From an uncultured Lachnospiraceae bacterium (lineage in GTDB: Bacteria; Bacillota; Clostridia; Lachnospirales; Lachnospiraceae): DNA of 64,000 bases. Below the pieces are notes generated by a model. The model ran no database searches, was not told the DNA's origin, and saw nothing but the letters and a program-made list of their open reading frames with translations. Made by a program: the position numbers and the translations under genes. The stretch covers positions 6,511 to 70,510 of the forward strand of contig CAJULG010000008.1 in assembly GCA_910587045.1 (NCBI GenBank), read 5' to 3'. Positions 1 through 10,191 of the stretch are shown piece after piece. The first letter of the stretch is position 1. The number at the start of each line of letters is the position of its first letter.

Positions 1-1
1 G

Positions 2-889
2 CTGGCAGGCGCAGACCGGATCGAAGGTACTTTGTTTGGTAACGGAGAGCGGACCGGTAATGTGGATATTATTACGCTCGCAATGAATATGTTTACCCAT
101 GGTGTTGATCCAAAGCTGGATTTAAGCAATATTCCGGAATTAACAGAGCTTTATGAACGCGTCACAAAGATGCATGTTTATGAACGCTCCCCGTATACCG
201 GGCAGTTGGTCTTTGCTGCATTTTCCGGTTCTCATCAGGACGCCATTGCCAAAGGAATGAAGTGGAGAGAGGAACATAATATAGAGCGCTGGACCGTTCC
301 ATATCTGCCATTGGATCCGCAGGATGTCGGCAGACAGTATGATGGAGATGTTATCCGGATCAACAGTCAGTCCGGGAAGGGCGGTATCGGATATTTATTA
401 GAGCAGAAGTATGGCTTTGATCTGCCTCCGAAGATGCGGGAGGATTTAGGGTATACGGTAAAGGATGCTTCCGATCACCTGCATAAGGAATTAACTGCGG
501 ACGAAGTGCTGGATATCTTCCAGAAGACATATGTCAATGCAGGAACGCCGATCGAATTGTTAGAGGCTCATTTTACGCAGGGAGAGCAGTTTACAGCAGA
601 GATTACCATTCATGTTCATGGCGTGCGGAAGGTATATCATGGAAAAGGAAATGGACGTCTGGATGCTATATCCAATGCATTGAAGAAGCACTTTGACATC
701 CGGTTTTCTTTGATCTGCTATGAGGAGCATGCATTGCAGGTAGGATCAAATTCCCAGGCTTGTGCTTATGTGGGAATTCAGAAGCCGGAAGGCGGCGTAG
801 CCTGGGGAGCAGGAATCCAGAATGATATCATTGATGCATCTGCCTATGCATTGATCAGCGCCATTAACCGTTCCGGATTAGTGAAATAA
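2..889 (+). CDS. leuA: 2-isopropylmalate synthase, C-terminal part (5' end outside window)
   Basis: The frame is open from base 2 (LAGADRIEGTLFGNGERTGN...). It has the conserved GNGERTGN motif followed by a LeuA-type C-terminal regulatory domain; stop at 887-889. Confidence 0.85.
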   Translation: MAGADRIEGTLFGNGERTGNVDIITLAMNMFTHGVDPKLDLSNIPELTELYERVTKMHVYERSPYTGQLVFAAFSGSHQDAIAKGMKWREEHNIERWTVPYLPLDPQDVGRQYDGDVIRINSQSGKGGIGYLLEQKYGFDLPPKMREDLGYTVKDASDHLHKELTADEVLDIFQKTYVNAGTPIELLEAHFTQGEQFTAEITIHVHGVRKVYHGKGNGRLDAISNALKKHFDIRFSLICYEEHALQVGSNSQACAYVGIQKPEGGVAWGAGIQNDIIDASAYALISAINRSGLVK

Positions 890-966
890 AACGATTTTTT
901 CTTTACTGGAAAGACCAGAAATGATATTCTGTAATTAGATAAAACATGCATGGAGGATAGAAGAAC

Positions 967-2274
967 ATGGGTAAATATTTTCAGCCGGAAATCGAATGTG
1001 CATCACAGGAGCAGATTCGGGCATGGCAGGATGAGCGATTGGTAAAACAGGTAAGACATGTTTATGATAATGTGGAAATGTACCGGAAACGTATGGACGA
1101 AAAAGGAGTCAGGCCGGAGGATATCAAGGGCAGGGATGATTTACATAAGCTTCCGTTTACAACCAAGGATGATCTAAGAGAACAGTATCCATATGGATTG
1201 CTGGCGAAGCCGTTGAGTGAATGTGTACGTATCCAGTCTACCAGCGGTACAACCGGAAGGCGGGTCGTTGCATTTTATACCCAGCATGACATTGATCTGT
1301 GGGATGAATGTTGTGCAAGAGCGATCGTGGCAGTCGGCGGAACGAAGGAAGACGTGGTACATGTCAGCTATGGATACGGTTTGTTTACCGGCGGCCCGGG
1401 CTTAAATGGCGGTTCTCACAAGGTTGGTTCCCTGACACTTCCGATGTCATCCGGCAATACAGACCGTCAGATTCAGTTTATGACGGATCTGGGTTCCACG
1501 ATCATATGCTGTACACCGTCCTATGCTGCATACCTGGCAGAGTCTATCATTGAACGGGGACTCCAGGATAAGATCAGTCTGAAGGCGGGAATCTTCGGTG
1601 CAGAAGCATGGACGGAGGAAATGCGGCATGATATTGAAGAAAAGCTTGGGATCAAGGCCTACGATATTTATGGGCTGACAGAGATTTCCGGACCAGGCGT
1701 ATCCTTTGAATGTGAGGCACAGTCCGGTATGCATGTTAACGAAGATCATTTTATCGCAGAGATCATCAACCCGGTAACTGGAGAGGTACTGCCGGATGGC
1801 GAGAAGGGGGAACTGGTATTTACCAGTATTACGAAGGAAGCATTTCCGTTATTACGCTACCGGACCAGGGATATCTGTATCCTGAGTCATGAGAAATGTC
1901 CATGTGGAAGAACCCATGTAAAGATGACGAAACCATTAGGACGTAGTGATGATATGCTGATCGTAAAGGGCGTCAATGTATTCCCGTCCCAGATCGAAAC
2001 CGTATTGCTGAACAAGGGATATCCGGCAAATTATCAGATCATCGTTACCAGAGTAAATAACAGTGATAATCTGGAAGTACAGGTAGAAATGACACCGGAG
2101 ATGTTCTCCGATTCCATTAGTGCGATTTCACAAAAGGAAAAGGAACTGGTAAGCGCATTAAAGGCAATGCTGGGTATTTTTGCAGATGTAAAGCTGGTAG
2201 CGCCAAAGACGATTGCAAGAAGTGAAGGCAAGGCTGTTCGAGTAATTGATAAGCGGAATCTGTATCAGGGTTAA
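967..2274 (+). CDS. paaK: phenylacetate-CoA ligase family adenylate-forming enzyme
   Basis: 435 aa with the AMP-binding motif QSTSGTTGRRV and PaaK-like length and C-terminal domain. GGAGGA RBS upstream of the ATG. Confidence 0.85.
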   Translation: MGKYFQPEIECASQEQIRAWQDERLVKQVRHVYDNVEMYRKRMDEKGVRPEDIKGRDDLHKLPFTTKDDLREQYPYGLLAKPLSECVRIQSTSGTTGRRVVAFYTQHDIDLWDECCARAIVAVGGTKEDVVHVSYGYGLFTGGPGLNGGSHKVGSLTLPMSSGNTDRQIQFMTDLGSTIICCTPSYAAYLAESIIERGLQDKISLKAGIFGAEAWTEEMRHDIEEKLGIKAYDIYGLTEISGPGVSFECEAQSGMHVNEDHFIAEIINPVTGEVLPDGEKGELVFTSITKEAFPLLRYRTRDICILSHEKCPCGRTHVKMTKPLGRSDDMLIVKGVNVFPSQIETVLLNKGYPANYQIIVTRVNNSDNLEVQVEMTPEMFSDSISAISQKEKELVSALKAMLGIFADVKLVAPKTIARSEGKAVRVIDKRNLYQG

Positions 2275-2316
2275 TGAATATATGGGTGTGAAATGCAAAA
2301 AAGGAGGTAATGGGGT

Positions 2317-2748
2317 ATGACAGTAAAGCAGATATCTATTTTTGTGGAAAATAAGATCGGGAATCTGGCAGAGGTAACAAAGGTATTGTCCGATGCAGGT
2401 GTAAGCCTTCATGCAATATCTCTTGCAGACACAAAGGATTTTGGCGTATTGCGGGTGATTGTGAATGATTCCTATCTGGCGGCAACTACCTTGAAGGCGC
2501 AGGGCTATATCTTTTCCATAACGAAGGTGCTGGCGGTTGCGATTCCTGATGTGCCGGGCAGTCTGTACCGGATACTGACACTATTAGAGGAAAGCAATAT
2601 TAATCTGGAATATCTGTATGATTTTAATACCAGAAAAAGTGACAGTGCCTATCTGATCTTCAAGGTTGGTAACGTAGAGGAGGCAATCGAGGTGCTGACA
2701 AAAAATAAGGTTCGTCTGCTGTGCCAGGAGGATTTAAAGACAGACTGA
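2317..2748 (+). CDS. ACT domain-containing protein
   Basis: 143 aa, two ACT-like repeats (ISIFVENKIGNLAEV..., AVAIPDVPGSLYRIL...). AGGAGG RBS; this is the usual partner gene downstream of paaK in anaerobes. Confidence 0.75.
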   Translation: MTVKQISIFVENKIGNLAEVTKVLSDAGVSLHAISLADTKDFGVLRVIVNDSYLAATTLKAQGYIFSITKVLAVAIPDVPGSLYRILTLLEESNINLEYLYDFNTRKSDSAYLIFKVGNVEEAIEVLTKNKVRLLCQEDLKTD

Positions 2749-5114
2749 TGACACTAGATAAGTTAGAAGTAGGAAAAGATGCAATTATTGAAGCGGTAGA
2801 ATGTGAGTCACCTTCTCTTCGGAAGCACATACTGGATATGGGCTTAACACCGGATACGGAGGTGACTCTGGTTAAGATTGCTCCAATGGGAGACCCGCTG
2901 GAATTACGGGTAAGAGGGTATGAGCTGACGCTGCGTAAAGCTGATGCAGCGAATATCCGGTTAAAGGATATCCACGAAGCACATGTCTACTCCAGAAGGA
3001 ATAAGGAGACAGCGCCAATGTCTCATCCTGGAGTCGGAGAGTCCGGTGTATTAAAGCAGAAGGTATATCAGACACAGATCCGAGGAGAAGAGATCCCGGA
3101 GGGAGAGGGGCTTACCTTTGCTCTTGCGGGAAACCAGAATTGTGGTAAAACGACTCTGTTTAATCAACTGACCGGTTCCCGGCAGCATGTGGGGAATTTT
3201 CCGGGTGTGACGGTAGACCGGAAGGATGGAGTGGTTCGGAATCATCCCGAGGCAGTGGTAGTGGATCTGCCCGGTGTATATTCTCTCTCTCCGTATACGA
3301 ACGAAGAGATTGTGACCAGAGAATTTTTGCTAAAGGATCGCCCGCGGGGGATCATTAATATTCTGGACGCAACGAATATCGAACGGAATCTGTATCTGAC
3401 CATGCAGTTAATTGAATTGGATATACCTATGGTACTGGCACTGAACATGATGGATGAAGTGCGGGAAAATGGCGGGACCATACGGGTAAATGAATTAGAG
3501 GCAGCCCTGGGAATTCCGGTGGTGCCGATTTCGGCGTCTAAAAATGAAGGGATTGATGAGCTGGTCGATCACGCCATGCATGTGGCACGATATCGGGAAC
3601 GCCCCGGACGTCTGGACTTCTGTGATGCAGAGGGAAGCGATAACGGTGCTATGCACCGTTGTATTCATGCGATCATCCATTTGATCGAGGATCATGCAGT
3701 AAAGTATAAACTGCCCAGACGGTTTGCAGCAACGAAGCTGGTGGAGGGAGATCCGCTGATCTTAGAACAGTTGCATCTGGATGAGAATGAAACGGAGACC
3801 TTAGAGCATATTATCAGTCAGATGGAGGAGGAGAGCGGAAAAGACAGGATGGCTGCATTAGCGGATACCCGCTTTCAGTTTATTGAGGAGTTATGCAGTG
3901 AAACGGTCGTAAAACCCGGCGAAAGCAGAGAGCATCTGCGAAGCCTTAAGATGGATCGCCTGCTGACTGGCAAATATACAGCATTTCCAGCCTTTGTATG
4001 CATTATGGCATTAATATTTTACCTGACCTTTGGTCTGATCGGGAAATACCTTTCCGACTGGCTGGAGCTGGGAATTGAATGGCTGACGGAATTATGTGAC
4101 AGAGGGCTGACTGCATATGGAATTAACCCGGTGGTGCAATCTCTGGTCATTGACGGGATATTTGCCGGTGTGGGAAGCGTGCTGAGCTTTCTTCCGACGA
4201 TCGTGGTTTTATTCTTCTTCCTTTCTATTTTAGAGGACAGCGGATACATGGCAAGAGTGGCTTTCGTTATGGATAAGCCTCTGCGTAAGCTTGGTTTGTC
4301 CGGCAGAAGCTTTGTTCCGATGCTGATCGGCTTTGGCTGTTCTGTGCCTGCGATTATGGCAACAAGAACACTGCCCTCAGACCGGGACCGGAAAATGACT
4401 ATATTATTGACTCCGTTTATGAGCTGTTCAGCAAAGCTGCCGATTTACGGTTTGTTTGCCGCTGCGTTTTTTCCGGATTATACTGCGTTGGTCATGATCG
4501 GTTTATATGTTACCGGTATTCTGATCGGGATTCTGTTCGCCCTTTTGCTGCGGGGAACCGCTTTTCGGGGAGAACCAGTACCCTTTGTCATGGAACTTCC
4601 GAACTATCGCTTTCCAAGTCCTAAAAGTGTGCTTCGTTTAATCGGTGAGAAGGCAAAGGACTTTATTACGAAGGCATTTACAGTAATCTTTCTGGCCTCC
4701 GTGATCATCTGGTTCCTGCAGACCTTTGATACCCGGTTGAATATTGTAACGGATTCCTCGCAAAGCCTGCTGGCATTGATCGGCGGCTGGATCACACCAC
4801 TATTGGTACCCCTTGGACTGGGAGACTGGCGGATCTCTACAGCATTGATTACCGGCTTCACTGCAAAGGAAAGTGTAGTCAGTACGTTGAATGTGCTGCT
4901 GGGAACCAGTGCGTTGGATACCTTATTTACGCCATTTAGCGCTGTGATCTTTTTGATATTTTCACTGCTGTATACTCCGTGTGTAGCGGCGATCGCAGCG
5001 GTGAAACGGGAATTGGGAACCCGGAATGCCGTTGTAATCGCATGCCTGCAATGCGGGATTGCCTGGCTGGTATGCTTTGTCATCCGTGGAATAGGTATTG
5101 CAGCAGGGTGGTAA
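2748..5114 (+). CDS. feoB: ferrous iron transporter FeoB with N-terminal FeoA domain (FeoA-FeoB fusion)
   Basis: FeoA-like SH3 domain (MTLDKLEVGKDAIIEAVE...), then G-domain P-loop GNQNCGKTTLFN, then a polytopic membrane domain. The ATG at 2748 overlaps the ACT gene stop (TGATG); the track's GTG at 2721 is less likely. Confidence 0.9.
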   Translation: MTLDKLEVGKDAIIEAVECESPSLRKHILDMGLTPDTEVTLVKIAPMGDPLELRVRGYELTLRKADAANIRLKDIHEAHVYSRRNKETAPMSHPGVGESGVLKQKVYQTQIRGEEIPEGEGLTFALAGNQNCGKTTLFNQLTGSRQHVGNFPGVTVDRKDGVVRNHPEAVVVDLPGVYSLSPYTNEEIVTREFLLKDRPRGIINILDATNIERNLYLTMQLIELDIPMVLALNMMDEVRENGGTIRVNELEAALGIPVVPISASKNEGIDELVDHAMHVARYRERPGRLDFCDAEGSDNGAMHRCIHAIIHLIEDHAVKYKLPRRFAATKLVEGDPLILEQLHLDENETETLEHIISQMEEESGKDRMAALADTRFQFIEELCSETVVKPGESREHLRSLKMDRLLTGKYTAFPAFVCIMALIFYLTFGLIGKYLSDWLELGIEWLTELCDRGLTAYGINPVVQSLVIDGIFAGVGSVLSFLPTIVVLFFFLSILEDSGYMARVAFVMDKPLRKLGLSGRSFVPMLIGFGCSVPAIMATRTLPSDRDRKMTILLTPFMSCSAKLPIYGLFAAAFFPDYTALVMIGLYVTGILIGILFALLLRGTAFRGEPVPFVMELPNYRFPSPKSVLRLIGEKAKDFITKAFTVIFLASVIIWFLQTFDTRLNIVTDSSQSLLALIGGWITPLLVPLGLGDWRISTALITGFTAKESVVSTLNVLLGTSALDTLFTPFSAVIFLIFSLLYTPCVAAIAAVKRELGTRNAVVIACLQCGIAWLVCFVIRGIGIAAGW

Positions 5115-5235
5115 AAAATTGAAAGAACAGAGATATTGACGATAGTCATATTCTTGATTATACTTAATATGTATTAAAAAAGGCAACAAAAGATCATGAA
5201 AGTTCATGAAAATGAGAGGACGAGGAGGAGCAATT

Positions 5236-5916
5236 ATGAGGTATGAAGTATGGGGTAATATGATGCCGGCAGTCACCTTTGGATTAGAGCCGGGTGAAAG
5301 CATCTATACCCAGTCCGGCGGTATGACCTGGATGACAGATCAAGTAGAAATGACGACAAACATGAAGGGTGGTTTAATGAAGGGAATCGGCAGAATGTTC
5401 AGCGGTGAATCCCTTTTTATGGCGACCTACACATCGAAGGCGCCCAATCAGGAAATCACACTTGCCAGTGCAGTGCCGGGTGAGATTAAGATGTTTGAGA
5501 TCACACCAGGATATGAGATTGTAGCACAGAAAGGAGCATTTCTGTGTGCTACGCCGGGAGTAGAGATCAAGGCATTTATTACCAATGTCAAAGGTGGTTT
5601 ATTCGGCGGAGAAGGCTTTGTACTTCAGCAGTATACCGGACAGGGACTGGTATTCTGTGAACTGGATGGTGCCATCCGTGAGATCGAACTGCAGCCGGGA
5701 CAGAAGATGGTTGTAGATACCGGTAATGTTGCTGCATGGGAGAGCAGGGTGACCTATAGCTCTCAGATGGTAAAAGGGTTTAAGAATATCCTGTTTGGCG
5801 GGGAAGGATTATTTCTGACAACGCTGACCGGGCCGGGTAAGATCTGGTTACAGACCATTTCCATTGCAGAACTGGCAGGACGGATTCTTCCATATATGCC
5901 GGCAGCCAGAAGTTAA
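5236..5916 (+). CDS. AIM24 / TIGR00266 family protein
   Basis: N-terminus MRYEVWGNMMPAVTFGLEPGESIYTQSGGMTWM is typical of the AIM24 (DUF124) family. GGAGGAG RBS 6 nt before the ATG at 5236. Confidence 0.7.
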   Translation: MRYEVWGNMMPAVTFGLEPGESIYTQSGGMTWMTDQVEMTTNMKGGLMKGIGRMFSGESLFMATYTSKAPNQEITLASAVPGEIKMFEITPGYEIVAQKGAFLCATPGVEIKAFITNVKGGLFGGEGFVLQQYTGQGLVFCELDGAIREIELQPGQKMVVDTGNVAAWESRVTYSSQMVKGFKNILFGGEGLFLTTLTGPGKIWLQTISIAELAGRILPYMPAARS

Positions 5917-5973
5917 TATAACGGAAGTAGATTGCGAGATGACCAGTTAAGTGATCGATAAGCAGGTTTCAGG

Positions 5974-6005
5974 CGGGCAGTGTTCAGATTACACTGCCCG
6001 TTAAG
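5974..6005 (+). terminator. hairpin downstream of AIM24-family gene
   Basis: Perfect 10-bp stem CGGGCAGTGT / ACACTGCCCG with a 7-nt loop, followed by a T-rich stretch. Confidence 0.6.
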
Positions 6006-6157
6006 TATATTATTTTGTGGAAAGGCAAAGCATGTTTTGCCTGGTTGATTTACAAAGTTTTTACCTTTTTCGCTTTTATTTTATTTCAAATCCTTTGCAT
6101 TATGTGTTATAATCATCTGAGGTGTGATTTGATAAACGAACAAAGAGGTACGATTTC

Positions 6158-7057
6158 ATGAAAACATTATCTCATTTGGATAAATTAGAAGCGGAGGCTA
6201 TTTATATCATCCGGGAGGTTGCGGCAGAATGTGAAAAACCGGTTATGCTTTACTCCATCGGGAAGGATAGTTCTGTAATGCTCCATCTGGCAATGAAAGC
6301 GTTTTATCCGGAGAAGCCCCCGTTTCCTTTTATGCATATTGATACTACCTGGAAATTTAAGGAAATGACGGAGTTTCGCGACCGTAAGGCGAAAGAACTG
6401 GGAATTGATATGCTGGTATATACGAATGAGGAAGGGGTTGCATCCGGGATTAATCCCTTTGATCATGGTTCTTCCTATACAGATATTATGAAAACCCAGG
6501 CGTTAAAGCAGGGACTGAATAAATATGGTTTTACGGCAGCCTTTGGCGGAGGACGGAGAGATGAAGAGAAATCAAGAGCAAAGGAACGTATTTTCTCCTT
6601 CCGAAATGAGGAGCATGCATGGGATCCGAAAAACCAGAGACCGGAGATGTGGAAACTCTATAATACTCAGATCCGGAAAGGAGAAAGTATACGGGTCTTT
6701 CCATTATCCAACTGGACAGAGAATGATATCTGGCAATACATACTAAGAGAAAATATCGATATTGTATCCTTATACTACGCAGATGTCCGGCCGGTGGTCT
6801 ACCGGGATGGGAATATCATTATGGTGGACGACGACCGGATGCGGTTGCTGCCGGGCGAGAAGGTAGAAATGAAAAAAGTACGATTTCGAACCCTGGGCTG
6901 TTATCCGCTTACCGGTGGTGTGGAATCAGACGCGGACACCTTGGAAGCCATTGTAGAGGAAACCCTGGGAGCGGTGAATTCGGAACGGACCAGCCGGGTA
7001 ATTGACCATGAGGCGGCAGGCAGTATGGAGCGTAGAAAAAGGGAAGGGTATTTTTAA
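6158..7057 (+). CDS. cysD: sulfate adenylyltransferase subunit 2
   Basis: 299 aa, PP-loop-like [12 protein letters not shown], CysD-type C-terminus ...RKREGYF. Confidence 0.9.
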   Translation: MKTLSHLDKLEAEAIYIIREVAAECEKPVMLYSIGKDSSVMLHLAMKAFYPEKPPFPFMHIDTTWKFKEMTEFRDRKAKELGIDMLVYTNEEGVASGINPFDHGSSYTDIMKTQALKQGLNKYGFTAAFGGGRRDEEKSRAKERIFSFRNEEHAWDPKNQRPEMWKLYNTQIRKGESIRVFPLSNWTENDIWQYILRENIDIVSLYYADVRPVVYRDGNIIMVDDDRMRLLPGEKVEMKKVRFRTLGCYPLTGGVESDADTLEAIVEETLGAVNSERTSRVIDHEAAGSMERRKREGYF

Positions 7058-7058
7058 T

Positions 7059-8891
7059 ATGAAAGAATTATTGAAATTTATCACCTGCGGAAGTGTCGAC
7101 GATGGAAAATCAACGTTAATTGGTCATATGCTATATGATTCCAAGCTGTTATTTGCAGATCAGGAGCGGGCGTTGGAGCTGGAGAGTAAGCTGGGAAGTA
7201 CGGATGGAAGCCTGGATTACTCCCTGCTGCTGGATGGACTGATGGCAGAACGGGAGCAGGGAATCACCATTGATGTAGCATACCGCTATTTTACAACATC
7301 GAAGCGGAGTTTTATTGTAGCAGATACACCGGGACATGAGGAGTATACCCGGAATATGGCAGTCGGTGCATCCTTTGCTGATGTTGCTGTAATTTTGCTG
7401 GATGCGACCAAGGGAGTGCTGGTGCAGACCAGGCGACACACCCGTATCTGTTCTCTCATGGGGATCCGGGACTTTGTATTCATTGTCAATAAGATGGATC
7501 TGGCAGAATATGAGGAGCAGTCCTTTCAGGATATTAAGAAGGAGTTGCAGGAATTTATTCAGGACTTTCCGCATAATACAATGATGGTGATTCCTGTATC
7601 TGCAACGATTGGAGATAATATTACGACCCCTTCCAGAAAGATGAGGTGGTATCAGGGGCCGGCACTGCTTTCCTATTTAGAAGGATTGGAATTGAATTCA
7701 GGCAATGCCAAAGAGGAAGACTTTGTTTTACCGGTTCAGCGGGTCAGCCGTCCGAACCATACCTTTCGCGGCTTCCAGGGACAGGTGGAAGCGGGAAGCC
7801 TGCGGATCGGAGAAGAGGTTACGATATATCCGAGCGGGGAACGGGCAAGTGTGGCACGTTTATTGGCGGCCGGAGCGGATGCAGAGGAGATCGTTAAGGG
7901 ACAGCCGGTTACCGTATGTCTGGACAAAGAGATTGACTGTTCCCGCGGCTGTGTCATGATAAAGGGAAATAGTCCGGAGGTGGGAAATATGTTTCATGTT
8001 ACCATGCTCTGGATGGATGATACGCCTTTAGTGGAAGGAAAGGAATACATATGTAAGCTGGGGACCAAGCGGATTCCGGCCCGGATCGTCAAGATTGAAT
8101 ATAAGGTAGATGTGAATACCGGAGAACAGATCCCGGTCAGTCAGGTGGGAAAGAATGAGATCGTGTTCTGCAGTATTCTGACAACAGAAAAGATCGTATA
8201 TCGCAGATTCAAAGAAAACGAGGCGATCGGGGCATTAATCCTGATTGACCGGATTACCAATATGACATCAGCCTGCGGCGTAATTGAACGGCCTTTAAAG
8301 CATTTTGATAACCTGACCTGGCAGGAAGCAGATGTTACAAAGTACCTTCGGGAAAAGCAGTTGGGACAAAAGGCTGTAACTCTTTGGTTTACCGGATTAT
8401 CCGGTTCGGGAAAATCTACTCTGGCTAATGCTCTGGAGTTAAAGCTTGCAGCTATGGGAAAACATACCATGCTTTTGGATGGCGATAATATCCGGATGGG
8501 ACTAAGCCGGGATTTAGGGTTCTCCAATGAAGACAGAACCGAAAATATCCGTCGGGTTGCGGAAGTTGCGAAGCTGATGAATGATGCAGGATTGATCGTG
8601 CTAACTTCATTTATTTCGCCATTTGCACAGGATCGGGCTTTAGCCCGCTCAATTATCGGTGATGACTTTGTGGAAATTTATATCAGTACACCGATCGAAG
8701 AGTGTGAACGCAGGGACGTAAAGGGACTGTATAAGAAAGCGAGAAATGGCGAGATACCTGCATTTACCGGTATATCCAGTCCTTATGAAGCACCGGCATC
8801 CCCGGATATCTGGATTGATACCAGCCGGTATTCGGTGGAAGAAAGTGCAGAACTGTTATTAAAGGAAATACAAAAGCATTGTGGATGTTAG
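7059..8891 (+). CDS. cysNC: bifunctional sulfate adenylyltransferase subunit 1 / adenylylsulfate kinase (CysN-CysC fusion)
   Basis: GTPase motifs GSVDDGKST, DTPGHEEY, NKMD, then the APS kinase P-loop GLSGSGKST in the C-terminal ~200 aa. The ATG at 7059 lies 1 nt after the cysD stop. Confidence 0.9.
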   Translation: MKELLKFITCGSVDDGKSTLIGHMLYDSKLLFADQERALELESKLGSTDGSLDYSLLLDGLMAEREQGITIDVAYRYFTTSKRSFIVADTPGHEEYTRNMAVGASFADVAVILLDATKGVLVQTRRHTRICSLMGIRDFVFIVNKMDLAEYEEQSFQDIKKELQEFIQDFPHNTMMVIPVSATIGDNITTPSRKMRWYQGPALLSYLEGLELNSGNAKEEDFVLPVQRVSRPNHTFRGFQGQVEAGSLRIGEEVTIYPSGERASVARLLAAGADAEEIVKGQPVTVCLDKEIDCSRGCVMIKGNSPEVGNMFHVTMLWMDDTPLVEGKEYICKLGTKRIPARIVKIEYKVDVNTGEQIPVSQVGKNEIVFCSILTTEKIVYRRFKENEAIGALILIDRITNMTSACGVIERPLKHFDNLTWQEADVTKYLREKQLGQKAVTLWFTGLSGSGKSTLANALELKLAAMGKHTMLLDGDNIRMGLSRDLGFSNEDRTENIRRVAEVAKLMNDAGLIVLTSFISPFAQDRALARSIIGDDFVEIYISTPIEECERRDVKGLYKKARNGEIPAFTGISSPYEAPASPDIWIDTSRYSVEESAELLLKEIQKHCGC

Positions 8892-8939
8892 AGGATTGGC
8901 AGTGTTTCTATAGAATGTAACGCAAAAAGGAGAAGGAAG

Positions 8940-10082
8940 ATGAAAAAAAGACCGGTAGATTTTGCCCATATGTTGTCTGGTGTCCGTTTGGATGTCTGGC
9001 TGAAGCTGCTAAAGGAGAATAAGATTGATAAAAAGTTCTATCTTCAGGCTGCTGTTATTACCATGGAAAGCGCATTATTAACGCCGCTGGCCTATCTGGA
9101 ATATCTGTTATTCTGGCTTCCGATTCAGTTCACAAAGCTGGAAAAAGATCCGATCTATGTAGTAGGATTCTGGCGGAGTGGTACGACTTATCTGCAAAAT
9201 TTGCTGACACGGGATCCGCAGTTCGGCTGGTTTGATCCGGTCAGTACCATTACCTTTAGCAACAGTATTCTATTGCGGAAGCCTTTGACGATGCTGGCGC
9301 GTAATGGTCTGAAGGGTGCAAGGGCGATGGACAATCTGGAATTTGAATTGGAACTGCCGATGGAAGAAGCACATGCCTTTACGAATCTTACAGACCTGTC
9401 TATCAGCCATATGATGGCGTTTCCGGATCATGGCAAGGGCGGAAAGTATGTGAATGCCATATTTACGGATGCTTTGTCTTCAAAGGACAGAAAACGATTT
9501 TATTCTGTATATAATTATATGCTGAAGAAGCTTACCTTCATGAAAGGGGGAAAGCAGCTTCTCCTGAAAAGCCCGGATAACACTGCCCGGATCGCATTTT
9601 TGAAGCGGGCCTATCCAAGAGCGAAATTTATTAATATTTATCGGAATCCTTATACAGTGGTTCGTTCTGCATTGAATATGTTCCGGATTGAAATGGATAA
9701 GTATGCATTATCGGAGAGTGTCAGTGATCAGTATCTTCTTGACCGGGTCTGCCTGATCTTTGAACGGGTATACCGGCGTGCCTTCCGTGATCTGGACCGG
9801 TTAGGCCCTTGTGATAAGATAGAGATAAAGTATGAGGAATTTGTGGAACATCAGGAGGAATATATAGAACAGATTTATAAACAACTTGGAATCCGCAATT
9901 ATGACAAAGCATATCCGTATCTGAAGGAATATATGGACAGTATGAAGGAATATCAGACGAATACCTATGATTATTCACCGGAATTGATACAGCGGGTGAA
10001 CGATCGGTTGGGCTTCTATTTTGAACGGTATGGATATGAGATGATCCAGCCGGAACAGGCAGGAGAACATACTGCTGATTAA
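8940..10082 (+). CDS. sulfotransferase family protein (PAPS-dependent, Sulfotransfer_3-like)
   Basis: 380 aa with a 5'-phosphosulfate-binding loop FWRSGTTYLQNLL and a LLLKSPDNTARIAFLKRAYPRAKFINIYRNP segment typical of bacterial sulfotransferases. Good RBS (AAAGGAGAAGGAAG). Confidence 0.75.
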   Translation: MKKRPVDFAHMLSGVRLDVWLKLLKENKIDKKFYLQAAVITMESALLTPLAYLEYLLFWLPIQFTKLEKDPIYVVGFWRSGTTYLQNLLTRDPQFGWFDPVSTITFSNSILLRKPLTMLARNGLKGARAMDNLEFELELPMEEAHAFTNLTDLSISHMMAFPDHGKGGKYVNAIFTDALSSKDRKRFYSVYNYMLKKLTFMKGGKQLLLKSPDNTARIAFLKRAYPRAKFINIYRNPYTVVRSALNMFRIEMDKYALSESVSDQYLLDRVCLIFERVYRRAFRDLDRLGPCDKIEIKYEEFVEHQEEYIEQIYKQLGIRNYDKAYPYLKEYMDSMKEYQTNTYDYSPELIQRVNDRLGFYFERYGYEMIQPEQAGEHTAD

Positions 10083-10087
10083 CAGAG

Positions 10088-10126
10088 ATCCGAGGGCCGC
10101 AAAAAAGGCGGTCTTCGGATGTTTTG
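10088..10126 (+). terminator. putative rho-independent terminator after sulfotransferase gene
   Basis: Imperfect GC-rich stem ATCCGAGGGCCGC / GGCGGTCTTCGGAT with an A6 loop, followed by GTTTTG. Confidence 0.55.
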
Positions 10127-10191
10127 CTTGTTACGGAAAAACAGGCTCCGATGACAGTGCTGTTTATCGGGATGAGGAAGGGAGCAGGGAT

